The notes: generated by a model from the letters alone, not told the origin. DNA of 64,000 bases from Marispirochaeta sp. (GCA_963676835.2 CAXXFF010000003.1:160001-224000), one strand, 5' to 3'; positions 9,130 to 17,731 are shown, numbered from the stretch's first letter. Numbers and translations: made by a program.

Positions 9130-10269
9130 TTAGCTGGCGGCTGTCATCAGCCGGGAGAAAGCGGACCGCTTTGCGTATTCCAGCGCAAGGCGCTGCACGA
9201 TAACAATCCGGGTCTGGTACTTCGCAGCCAGGGTGTACGGGTCCATGAGCATTCCTGCATTCTTGCGAGCTCCGTATAGTATCCAACGGAAATTCCCGAA
9301 CCCTACAAAGGCGGTATCAGCACCGGATGTGCTGGGCGCCTGATTACATTCCACAATGGGGTATTTTCCGTGTATCGAGGTCCTGTTCTGACCATAGGGG
9401 TTCCAGAGATAGTTGCCTGCGGCATCGGTCTCTTTCTGAAGATTTACCGCCACATCGGGATGCATGACAAAGAGTCCATTTTCCCGTGCATAGGTCGGTA
9501 CATCGTGGTACAGGTCAATCAGATGCTCAACACTGATACTGCTGAATGCCGTGGATCCGGAACCGAACACAGTACTGTAGCTGATTGTCGGGGTAAAGAT
9601 TCCAGAGAATCCGCCATAAGTATCCGAGCCGTCACCATTCAGAATGGCGTTGTCGATTGCCTGACCTGCTTCCTCTGCGAACTGCTCAATCAAGAGGCCT
9701 GCAATGTCGGTTGCTGAGTCTTCAAGCAGCTCATTTGAGCAGATGGTGTAACAGTCAAGCCGGCGGGTATTCAGGGTAGCTTCCGAGAAGGTTGCATCTG
9801 TCTGGTCGATGTCATCCCCTTCCTGGTGCCAGGAAACTGAAATGCGGTCATCGAGGATAGGCACCTTCATGCTATCCCGATTCATCCGTATTTTGGTAAG
9901 GTAGGGAATCATTTCTGATGCCCCTTCAACGAATTTCATAAGCATGGTGTGGAACTCTGTTGGAACCAGATAACCTCCTGAAGCGTCGGTCCCTTCGACC
10001 ATGTTCGCCTTGGTATGCCACTGCTTAAGCTGGTAGTTTGCCTCGGGGCTGCCCTTCTGAGCCTTGTACATGGTCTGAAAATAGGTTGCCAGCTCCACGG
10101 TCTTCGCGACTTCTTCGGGATCCTCTGCATTGAAATTCTTATTCCTTACAATCCCCTGGAGCTCCAAGCCCCTTTCAGCGATAGACTCCCGCAGTTTTAC
10201 GCGGTATTCATTCAGGCTCAATTCGCCGTTTTTAAACTGTTCTGTAAAATCTGTTGCTTTATGGTCCAT
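9130..10269 (-). CDS. HK97-family major capsid protein
   Basis: About 90-aa N-terminal scaffold-like region, then GGYLVP, SNELLEDS, ILNGDG, DAAGNYLW, GFGNF. Confidence 0.92.
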   Translation of the reverse strand: MDHKATDFTEQFKNGELSLNEYRVKLRESIAERGLELQGIVRNKNFNAEDPEEVAKTVELATYFQTMYKAQKGSPEANYQLKQWHTKANMVEGTDASGGYLVPTEFHTMLMKFVEGASEMIPYLTKIRMNRDSMKVPILDDRISVSWHQEGDDIDQTDATFSEATLNTRRLDCYTICSNELLEDSATDIAGLLIEQFAEEAGQAIDNAILNGDGSDTYGGFSGIFTPTISYSTVFGSGSTAFSSISVEHLIDLYHDVPTYARENGLFVMHPDVAVNLQKETDAAGNYLWNPYGQNRTSIHGKYPIVECNQAPSTSGADTAFVGFGNFRWILYGARKNAGMLMDPYTLAAKYQTRIVIVQRLALEYAKRSAFSRLMTAAS

Positions 10270-10279
10270 AAATATCCTC

Positions 10280-10957
10280 TCAATCGTTTACTATTAAACA
10301 TCCGGGGGTTACGCGATTTTCCATACGTATCCGCCGTTCTAAAACATCGAGCTCCTTGAGTTCCTTCTCAAGCTCCTCAATCTCCTCGTAAAGCGCTTCC
10401 CTTTGTTTTGCTTCCCGGATAGCACGCTCCACGGCCTTCATGTATTCATCCGGATCGCTATCACCAAGTAGCAGCCCTTTAGCATGAACTACCGGCATAA
10501 GAAAATCTTTTGCGTCACGGATAACACGAGCCCCTTCATTTGCGGGGATTGAAACACAGGAAACTTCCAGTAAATCAGCTTCCGTCCATACCCTGGTTCC
10601 ATTCTGCTTTGTCCACTTCTTGGGCTGAAAGCCTACCGAAAAGCTGGTAAGGAAATCTTCTTCATACAGCTTTTCAAGCTCTTTCCCCAGGTCCGTGTCC
10701 GCAAACACAATGTCCAGATTCAATGATTTGGAAGTGATTTCACCTCCTACGGCCTTACCTACCGGGGGTATATTCTGGTCATGCCCCCAGAGAACAACAG
10801 GGTTATTCTTGAGATACCGCGGGAGTGATTTTGTCCAGGCGGTGGGAAGTATCACTTCACCATCCCGGTCAACGTCTGAAGTTGATGCAACGATCCGGAA
10901 AACCTTCTTGCTTCCCTTCTCGATTACGTCATCGACTCCAGCCTTAAACCTAATCAT
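10280..10957 (-). CDS. HK97-family prohead protease
   Basis: VDRDGEVI, VLWGHDQ, SFSVGF, LLEVSCVSIPAN; ATG 10957 with GAGGAGGA RBS. Confidence 0.92.
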   Translation of the reverse strand: MIRFKAGVDDVIEKGSKKVFRIVASTSDVDRDGEVILPTAWTKSLPRYLKNNPVVLWGHDQNIPPVGKAVGGEITSKSLNLDIVFADTDLGKELEKLYEEDFLTSFSVGFQPKKWTKQNGTRVWTEADLLEVSCVSIPANEGARVIRDAKDFLMPVVHAKGLLLGDSDPDEYMKAVERAIREAKQREALYEEIEELEKELKELDVLERRIRMENRVTPGCLIVND

Positions 10958-11185
10958 TTGTCCTCCTCGCGAATCGTGCCCTTTACGCCTTCCTGCCTGA
11001 TTTACATCCCGATTTACGCCATTACTGACTGAGCGGTTAACGACTGAGCAGACAACCCAGACTGATGACCCTTTTCGCATAATACTATACACACGTATAG
11101 TTATAATATAACAATTAGCTATTTACGCTAATAGATCCCTATGTACTGTAACGATTTAACCGCTACAGGTGGCCACCAAGGTGGC

Positions 11186-13108
11186 TCAAGTATTAACAAC
11201 CGACTTACTGTCAATTAACAACTCACCGTTTTTTGTCATTTTGAAAAGCGCTTTTCCCACTTCATTGCCATTCAAATCAATATGGAAATGGTAAGTTCCG
11301 CCTGTTGCCGTTTTCGCCTGGTCTTCGTTCTGGATGGAAACGCGCTCCCCGGAGGCAACCCCGATCATGTATGAATCATCCCGGTAGCCTTCCGGGACTG
11401 TGAAGTCACCGCCAGATTTATAACTGGGAACCGGGGTGCTCTGAATGGCGGCAACCTGTGCAGCACCTATCCCTGCAGCGGCTACCGACAAACCTATGCC
11501 AGCAAACCCGCCAGGGTCGGCAAGGAAGCCGATAATGGCCGCAGCTGTATCAACTGTCGCCTGAAGCGTTCCCAGGGCCTTGGCGCGCTCTGACTGCTTT
11601 CTGGCGATCTCTTTTTTCTTGTTTTCAAGGCGTTCCTCTGCAGCTTCCCTTTCGGCTGTCCCTTCCTTGGTCGCTTCAACTTCTGCCTTCAGGCGGTTAA
11701 GCTCTTCCTGCTCTGCATTTGAGGTTATGGTGTTCAGGGATCCGAAAAAGCTTCCCGCCATGCCTGACAGAGTGCTGTAGTAAAATTCCATTTCAGAATG
11801 CCGTTCAGCTAGTATCCGCGCTTCTTCAGCGGCGACAGCTTCGGCAGCGGATATCTGCTCAAGCCTCCACTGTTCAATCCAGTCAGATTTCTGGGACCAA
11901 AAATTCATCTCTGTATCAGCCAGCGATTGAGTGGCATTCTTCATTTGGACAAGCTTTTCGTTTAGCTCCTCGAGTACCGCTCGCACTTTTGGGCCGTCTT
12001 CAAATGATTCAAATAATTTTATTTCCTGCTCAAGTGCTTTTTGAGCTCCCTCTGCCGTACGCGCATAGGCCTCTTCCAGGGCATCAAGATTAGCCTGTCG
12101 CTGGGCCTCTTTGGCAGCTTTGTCCGCTTCCTGAGCCGCAAGTACTTCAGCTGCAGCTCGTTGCTGTGCTGATGCAACAGCAGCATAATCATCCGAAATA
12201 GCAAGCTGTGCCTGGCGGCTTCTCATTTCGGCAAGACGCTGCTCTTCTTCGCGGAGCTGTCTGTTGACGTTTATCCCCCGCATCTTCTGGGTATTAAGCT
12301 CGGCAATGCGCATTACCTGCCGCTCAATTGCAGTTGTGAGTGTTGTTGTATCATCAGCTTCGCCTGTAAGGATCTTCTGCAGGGCCATTTCACCAGCGAG
12401 AAGGTTGTTTACCTCGGTAAGCATTTCGGTAAAAGCTCTCCGGAGAGGAGTCATACCCCGGGCTACATACTGGCCAATAGCCTCCTGGGTATCCCCGATG
12501 GTGTTCTGGTACTGCAGGTAAGCTCCGGAGGCAGTATTTGCTTCCTCCTGGGCTACCAGGAAAGCGGCAGCAAGCTGACGCTCTGCAATAGCAGCTTTCT
12601 CTGTTTCGGTGGCTGCATTTTTTACAGCAGGCATGTACCGGTTCATCATGTCGTAATTGCCCTGCTGGGCATTTACCGTTGCTTTTATCGCTGCTTGAAG
12701 ATCGACGCCGAAGGCCTTTGACAGCCCTATGGCGTCCTTGGTTGCCTGCTTGGCGGCTTCAGCCGAGAGTCCGGCAGAAACAGCATACTGCTGCAGTTGG
12801 ATTGAAGCTTCATCGCCGACTGTGGTTATCCCCTGCAGTTCTGAGGCAAAATCCTGCATAGCTCCAGAGACTGCTGCCGAATACTTTCCAGTAGCCCGGA
12901 GTGATGCATTCAAAAGGGCAACACTTTTCTCCTGAACAAAGAAGGCTTGTTCAGCTTTCGCCAGCTGCTTAGTGACTGAGACAAGCGCAGCGCCTGCGGC
13001 GGCGATACCGGTAGTCATTAAGGCTACGCTTTTCATGTAGTCTTTGACGCTTTTCTGTGATTTCTTTGTCTCTGTTAAAATATCAACTTGAACTGTATCT
13101 TTTGCCAT
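11186..13108 (-). CDS. Phage tail tape-measure-like protein (640 aa)
   Basis: Ala/Glu/Gln-rich helical protein; N-terminal QDFASELQGITTVGDE; hydrophobic stretch near C-terminus followed by SYKSGG...GERV. Confidence 0.8.
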   Translation of the reverse strand: MAKDTVQVDILTETKKSQKSVKDYMKSVALMTTGIAAAGAALVSVTKQLAKAEQAFFVQEKSVALLNASLRATGKYSAAVSGAMQDFASELQGITTVGDEASIQLQQYAVSAGLSAEAAKQATKDAIGLSKAFGVDLQAAIKATVNAQQGNYDMMNRYMPAVKNAATETEKAAIAERQLAAAFLVAQEEANTASGAYLQYQNTIGDTQEAIGQYVARGMTPLRRAFTEMLTEVNNLLAGEMALQKILTGEADDTTTLTTAIERQVMRIAELNTQKMRGINVNRQLREEEQRLAEMRSRQAQLAISDDYAAVASAQQRAAAEVLAAQEADKAAKEAQRQANLDALEEAYARTAEGAQKALEQEIKLFESFEDGPKVRAVLEELNEKLVQMKNATQSLADTEMNFWSQKSDWIEQWRLEQISAAEAVAAEEARILAERHSEMEFYYSTLSGMAGSFFGSLNTITSNAEQEELNRLKAEVEATKEGTAEREAAEERLENKKKEIARKQSERAKALGTLQATVDTAAAIIGFLADPGGFAGIGLSVAAAGIGAAQVAAIQSTPVPSYKSGGDFTVPEGYRDDSYMIGVASGERVSIQNEDQAKTATGGTYHFHIDLNGNEVGKALFKMTKNGELLIDSKSVVNT

Positions 13109-13136
13109 AATTAGGCTCCTACTCTAGTGATGGTCA

Positions 13137-13613
13137 CTACCCTGCAAGTACTTGCGTGCGATTGGTGGCCGTGGTGGTGGCTATTTTCCGATGAAATGCC
13201 AATTTTTCCCTGTAATACACCCCCCAGGTCTCTTTGTTGGAATCGTCCGGAGCTGCATTGAATGATAAATGTTCATAATAGGGAAATTCACAGGAGGGGC
13301 AGCAATCTTCAAATCCTTGACGATACTGGAAGATTTTTCCGCATGCTGGACATTTCACCTGAGTGCCAGGGTGCTGATACCGGACTACGTTTTTCTGTTT
13401 GAAAAAGATTTTCTTTTCTTGAGCAGCCTCAAAAACTTCTTTAACAGAAACGACCTTGTATCGATTGCTATGGTGTTCAATCAGGGAGTCTTTCAAGCTA
13501 TCACGCTCAGAGTCGGTGATAGTAATTATGCGGTCCCGAATTTCTGCCATCGAAAGGCGAATAGTATTCGGGTAATATTCTTTAAGATATTCTAGAAATT
13601 CCTTGCTCGTCAT
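13137..13613 (-). CDS. Zinc-ribbon protein, possibly a replication accessory factor
   Basis: CPACGK...CCPSCEF; directly follows and overlaps the initiator gene. Confidence 0.55.
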   Translation of the reverse strand: MTSKEFLEYLKEYYPNTIRLSMAEIRDRIITITDSERDSLKDSLIEHHSNRYKVVSVKEVFEAAQEKKIFFKQKNVVRYQHPGTQVKCPACGKIFQYRQGFEDCCPSCEFPYYEHLSFNAAPDDSNKETWGVYYREKLAFHRKIATTTATNRTQVLAG

Positions 13614-14094
13614 CGCTCCCCTCCCCAGGTGATCGACTATTGTTCATAAGATCATCAATTGAAAAATCTTCTCCGCCCCATTGTTGAGGGGTACTGTTAT
13701 TGGTACCTGTTCCCTGGTAATGTTCGGGCGTATCCATTACGCTCCCAGGGTGACACTCTTTCGCCCCGGTAGTGTCATCGTTACGCAAGGGGGGTGTCAT
13801 CATTACGCGCCCCGGTATGTAATAATCATTTGACCGGTTATATTGTTTACCAGTTTTCCCGGTAGCTAATCGTTGTCTAACCTTAATTTCACCCTTTTCT
13901 TCAAGACTTCTTATGCAGCGCTGCACAGTTCGTCTGCTCAGCTTGGTAATCTTTACAAGCGATTCTATTCCAGGAAAACACTCTCCTTGCTTATTGGCGT
14001 AGCGTAATAATCCGATCAAAACGAGAGTTTCACTCGAGCTCAAAGCCGCATTTTCCATCAGTGCATTCGGCACTACGAAATACCTACCTGACAC
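13582..14094 (-). CDS. HTH replication initiator (lambda-O/DnaD-like N-terminus)
   Basis: LSSSETLVLIGLLRYANKQGECFPGIESLVKITKLSRRTVQRCIRSLEEKG; internal 22-bp iterons; likely GTG start 14094 just after the xis stop, GGAG RBS. Confidence 0.75.
   Translation of the reverse strand: MSGRYFVVPNALMENAALSSSETLVLIGLLRYANKQGECFPGIESLVKITKLSRRTVQRCIRSLEEKGEIKVRQRLATGKTGKQYNRSNDYYIPGRVMMTPPLRNDDTTGAKECHPGSVMDTPEHYQGTGTNNSTPQQWGGEDFSIDDLMNNSRSPGEGSDDEQGISRIS
13728..13815. repeat. Four 22-bp iteron-like direct repeats
   Basis: Units start at 13728, 13750, 13772, 13794; core GTGTCATCRTTACGC. Confidence 0.75.
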
Positions 14095-14095
14095 A

Positions 14096-14287
14096 TCAAA
14101 CTTTCTCCACGCGGCCACGGCCCAAGAGCCACTCTTCAAGCTCCTGAACATCAAATACAACCCGTCTACCCCATTTGTAAAATGGAACGGTTTTCGCGCT
14201 GGTCGCATTCCAGAAAAATTGTTTACTGAGGCCGTAACGAGTTACAGCCTCAGAGACACTGATCAATTCTTTTCCCTGGATCTGCAT
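14096..14287 (-). CDS. Excisionase/AlpA-like HTH protein
   Basis: ISVSEAVTRYGLSKQFF...VPFYKWGRRVVFDVQELEEWL. Confidence 0.8.
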   Translation of the reverse strand: MQIQGKELISVSEAVTRYGLSKQFFWNATSAKTVPFYKWGRRVVFDVQELEEWLLGRGRVEKV

Positions 14288-14290
14288 GGC

Positions 14291-14728
14291 TTAATCCTTC
14301 CTCACCAGCTTCCTTGGGTCCATTAAGCCTTCTGGCAGATTCTGGTCCATTGTTTTAACTAATTCATAATCAAAACCAAAATAATCACAGGTAGACATAA
14401 GTTCTTGCTTGTAAGTCCCCTCTATTTCGGTGGAAATCTTTTCCCCAAAAGACGGATCTTCGTCACGTTTTAGCTCCCAAAGCAGTACAGCTCTGTCAGT
14501 GCTGAAATATCGGTAATCAGTGTCTTTCCCTCCTGGGTTATATGGAGCCATCAATCGACGCCATGTCATAATTGCTGCTGTCTGAATTATCTGTTTCCAG
14601 GTTTCTTTTGTGATCATATCCCTAATGAACTGAGCTTCAGAAAGATCATTATCTGAAGCAAGCTTATTGAGCCATTCACACTGACGTTCTGTAAGGTAGA
14701 AATTTTTCAGCTTGTCTTTCTTTTCCAT
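14291..14728 (-). CDS. Putative regulator with ribbon-helix-helix-like N-terminus
   Basis: KNFYLTERQCEWLNKLASDNDLSEAQFIRDMI; ATG 14728 with GAGGGGAG RBS. Confidence 0.6.
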   Translation of the reverse strand: MEKKDKLKNFYLTERQCEWLNKLASDNDLSEAQFIRDMITKETWKQIIQTAAIMTWRRLMAPYNPGGKDTDYRYFSTDRAVLLWELKRDEDPSFGEKISTEIEGTYKQELMSTCDYFGFDYELVKTMDQNLPEGLMDPRKLVRKD

Positions 14729-14747
14729 TGCACTCCCCTCTTTTAAT

Positions 14748-14789
14748 AAGATACCGCTCAATTCTTTATATGTCAATCTTATTCTTTAT
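14748..14789 (-). promoter_or_regulatory. Sigma-70 promoter of the element operon with flanking direct repeats
   Basis: Minus strand TTGACA (14776-14771), 17 bp, TATCTT (14753-14748); ATAAAGAAT repeated on both sides of the -35. Confidence 0.65.
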
Positions 14790-14962
14790 GTTTGATGTTT
14801 TATAAAGATTTTGTATTGGTGGCCAAAAGGTGGCCGGGGTGGTGGCTGTTTTTTATTAGGTAAAAAAGAGTAAACATTAACAATTTGCGTAATTCTTTGT
14901 TATGTGGTATATTATAAAAACTAATACAGCCAACTAAAGGCTATTAAAGGCAGCATTATTAC

Positions 14963-15018
14963 CTTGAGGGGCTAGTGGCCGTTAGGCCGTGCTGGTTCAA
15001 GTCCAGTTCGCCGCACTA
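14963..15018 (+). repeat. attR core, 56-bp direct repeat
   Basis: Identical to 6775-6830. Confidence 0.95.
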
Positions 15019-15019
15019 T

Positions 15020-15059
15020 AAAAAGACCATTCGACTTTTGTCGGATGGTCTTTTTTTTT
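15020..15059 (+). terminator. Rho-independent terminator (original tRNA terminator)
   Basis: AAAAAGACCATTCGAC-tttt-GTCGGATGGTCTTTTTTTTT. Confidence 0.85.
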
Positions 15060-15392
15060 GGCGCGAACTGGACTTGAATAGAGTGAGCGCCGACCGATCA
15101 GGGAGGAAAAGCAGGCATGGATGCCTGCGGCAGCGAACGGCAGGGGCCCGGAAGGAGGAAACAGGATGTTTCCGACTGGAGGGCAAGTCCAGCCCTCAGA
15201 CTAAGATCAACTTCCAAACCCAGATGGTCTTTTTTTTCTGCGCGAACTGGACTTGAAACGGAGTTTCGGCGCGACTGAATAAGGAGCGCAAATCGACAGG
15301 ACGTCGATTTAGAAACGCAGGCAGCCTGCAGGGAGGAGACACGATGTCGACGACCGGAAGGCAAGGCCAGCCCCCAGAGTAAGATCAACTTC
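15046..15392. repeat. Two tandem ~179-bp tRNA-linked repeat units
   Basis: Shared ATGGTC-T-tract-GCGCGAACTGGACTTGAA (15061, 15240) and CAAG.CCAGCCC..AGA.TAAGATCAACTTC ends. Confidence 0.75.
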
Positions 15393-15501
15393 AAGAAACA
15401 GAGTCTCTTTATTTATTATCTTAAACCTGCAATAATTATTTGTCTCAGGCACATGTTCCTGAAACCGACCGGCTTATGTGCACGAAATCGGGAGTAGAAA
15501 T

Positions 15502-16605
15502 ATGATTGAAAAGATTATCAAATCCCCTATTAAGGTAACCGGTGAAAGGGCCTGGAGAACCTATGTGGGCGGAATGAAGATTGATGAGCTGACCAATGTT
15601 TCAAATCCTGAGGACACCAACTTTCCGGAACTATGGATCTTATCTACCGTAAAAGCCGTTAACAGCAATCGCATGGATATTATTGAAGGTCTGGGGAAAA
15701 TCTGCATAGACGGCTATGATGATCTGAACCTGGCAGATTTAATTGAAAAATATCCCGTTGAAATGCTTGGCAGAAAATATGCCCTTTCAACAGGCAACAA
15801 GATGGGGGTTCTTACCAAGATTATAGATTCAAAGGAACGTTTGACTATACAAACCCATCCGACAAAACAAAAAGCAAAAAAATATTTCAATTCAAATTAC
15901 GGCAAAACAGAAGCCTGGCATATTCTTGATACAAGAGATGATAATGCATGTATCTACTTAGGTTTTAAAGAGAATTTTTCTTTTAATGAGTTCAAACAGA
16001 CTTTCTATGATCAGGATCTGTATAGAATGCTCGGCATGCTGCACAAAATAAAGGTTAATACAGGAGAGACCTATCTGATTCCCGGAGGGTTTCCCCATGC
16101 TATTGGCGAAAGCACCATGCTGATTGAAATACAGGAGCCGACCGATTATACCCTGCGTGTTGAAAAAACAACGCCTTTTGGCTTGAAGATCAACGATATC
16201 GATTGTCACCGTGGAATAGGTATAGACAATATGTTTGACTGTTTTGACCCGATTGGGTACTCAATTGAGAAGGTCCTGGAAAAATGCCGGTTATCTCATC
16301 CAGTAATGAAAATAAGTAATAATGAGGTTGAACAGTTGATTACCCATGAAGATACCGACTGTTTCGCCATGGAAAAAATAACGGTAAAGGATCAGATGCA
16401 TTTTACCGCCGAAGATGATTTCTTCGGAATTTTCATGTTTGAAGGTAGCGGCAATCTGGTTATGGGGAATTCAACAGATAAAAACACCGTATCTTTTGAC
16501 ACATGTGACGAGTTCTTCATAGCACCGGGGTGCATGGATTTTGCGGTAAAAACAGGGACAAGGGATCCTGTTGTACTCTTTAAGATTAAAGGCCAGGCCT
16601 TGTAG
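15502..16605 (+). CDS. manA: Class I mannose-6-phosphate isomerase (cupin)
   Basis: LTIQTHP, GKTEAW, PHAIG, EIQEPTD; ATG 15502 with GGAG RBS. Confidence 0.8.
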   Translation: MIEKIIKSPIKVTGERAWRTYVGGMKIDELTNVSNPEDTNFPELWILSTVKAVNSNRMDIIEGLGKICIDGYDDLNLADLIEKYPVEMLGRKYALSTGNKMGVLTKIIDSKERLTIQTHPTKQKAKKYFNSNYGKTEAWHILDTRDDNACIYLGFKENFSFNEFKQTFYDQDLYRMLGMLHKIKVNTGETYLIPGGFPHAIGESTMLIEIQEPTDYTLRVEKTTPFGLKINDIDCHRGIGIDNMFDCFDPIGYSIEKVLEKCRLSHPVMKISNNEVEQLITHEDTDCFAMEKITVKDQMHFTAEDDFFGIFMFEGSGNLVMGNSTDKNTVSFDTCDEFFIAPGCMDFAVKTGTRDPVVLFKIKGQAL

Positions 16606-16912
16606 CTTCTTATTTTTTCAGGTTGTTAACGAACCGACGAAGAATTGGGACTTTCCTCCATTAAGCTTGATATACCCCTTTTCACATACGACTGTTACTT
16701 TAAAGCGAATATAATCATTCCTTAAATAGCAGGTTACGTGGTAAAATCTTACCCTTTAAAAGGTGTAACTGAACCTTGAACCTTCAATCTAAAAGGGGAA
16801 TATCAGGTCACATCTAAAAACTACTCATACTGCAGTTTTCCTTAATTTCTCCGGTTAATTTCTGAACCTCAGCGCTTGCAAGGGGTTTTGATCTTACAAT
16901 ACTATCAGAAAC

Positions 16913-17260
16913 ATGAAAGCTGAAATGAAAAAGAAGAAACACAGAATAGATCTCCGTGGGACCATTCCTCTGTTTTTCAGGAAATACTATTTTGTAATAC
17001 TCATAGGCAGAGACACCAGAGAAACAACCCAGGCAATCGAAGCCGACCGCAGAGCCGGAGTAAGGAGAGTCGGCTTTATTATGTCTCTCGTTTTCATATC
17101 CATACCGCTTTTGATCTTCATTTTTCTGCTGCTGTACTTTTTAAAATCTGCTTTAGGAATCAATATCTTTCCCCACAGACATCTTGGTGATTTCACCGAC
17201 CCGATATTGAGTTTTTTTGATACAATACTTGAGAAAATTGCTGCATCAATATCTAATTGA
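16913..17260 (+). CDS. Small membrane protein
   Basis: Hydrophobic segment ending LYFLKSALGINIFP. Confidence 0.6.
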   Translation: MKAEMKKKKHRIDLRGTIPLFFRKYYFVILIGRDTRETTQAIEADRRAGVRRVGFIMSLVFISIPLLIFIFLLLYFLKSALGINIFPHRHLGDFTDPILSFFDTILEKIAASISN

Positions 17261-17332
17261 TTCGGATGTCTCTAATCCATAAAATTGCATCGTTCTATGG
17301 TTTAGATTAAAACACCAATCAGGAAACACAGT

Positions 17333-17731
17333 TCAACCTGGTCTATATCCGGTAGTTGTAGCAATAGCTACCTGTCTTCCTTCTTCATCGCTGACTTCAA
17401 TCTTGTAAAAGCAAATTTTCTTCTTATTCTCAATGCAGACTGCCTCTGCAAACAAGACAGGTCCTTTTGAAGGACTCATAAAGTTGATATTACTGTTTAA
17501 AGAGACTGTAACACCTTCATTTCCACTGTTTGCGGCTACTGCGAAGGTAAAATCGGCCAGAGTGAAGATTGCTCCTCCCATGACATACCCTGCAGCGTTC
17601 ATATGCCTTTCAGTTATTTTAAGCATACATCTGGCAGTATCTAAACCTGCGGATTGTATAGCTATTCCCGTGGTTTCTGTTGCATATATATCATCACAGA
17701 ATTTCTCTACAGCTGCATTAGTATAATCCAT
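17333..17731 (-). CDS. PaaI-family hotdog thioesterase
   Basis: HMNAAGYVMGGAIFTLAD. Confidence 0.85.
   Translation of the reverse strand: MDYTNAAVEKFCDDIYATETTGIAIQSAGLDTARCMLKITERHMNAAGYVMGGAIFTLADFTFAVAANSGNEGVTVSLNSNINFMSPSKGPVLFAEAVCIENKKKICFYKIEVSDEEGRQVAIATTTGYRPG

Larger units (their letters stand above)
6775..15018. mobile_element. Integrated phage-satellite-like element (8,188 bp between repeat starts)
   Basis: att repeats, tyrosine integrase, xis-like HTH, replication initiator, capsid, protease, TerS-like and tape-measure-like genes; no portal, TerL, tail or lysis genes. Confidence 0.9.

Noticed and set aside
14095..14208. N-terminal extension of the initiator ORF
   Set aside because: Overlaps the xis-like gene; GTG 14094 with an RBS is the better start.
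14963..15018. Second tRNA-Leu gene
   Set aside because: Only the 3' half from the anticodon loop is present; it is the attR duplication.
6775..15018. Complete prophage
   Set aside because: No portal, large terminase, tail structural or lysis genes between the att sites.
15046..15392. CRISPR array
   Set aside because: Only two long units, no constant repeat with regular spacers, and no cas genes.
14975..15394. ORFs 14975-15256 and 15098-15394
   Set aside because: They run over attR, a terminator and structured repeats, with no protein-like features.
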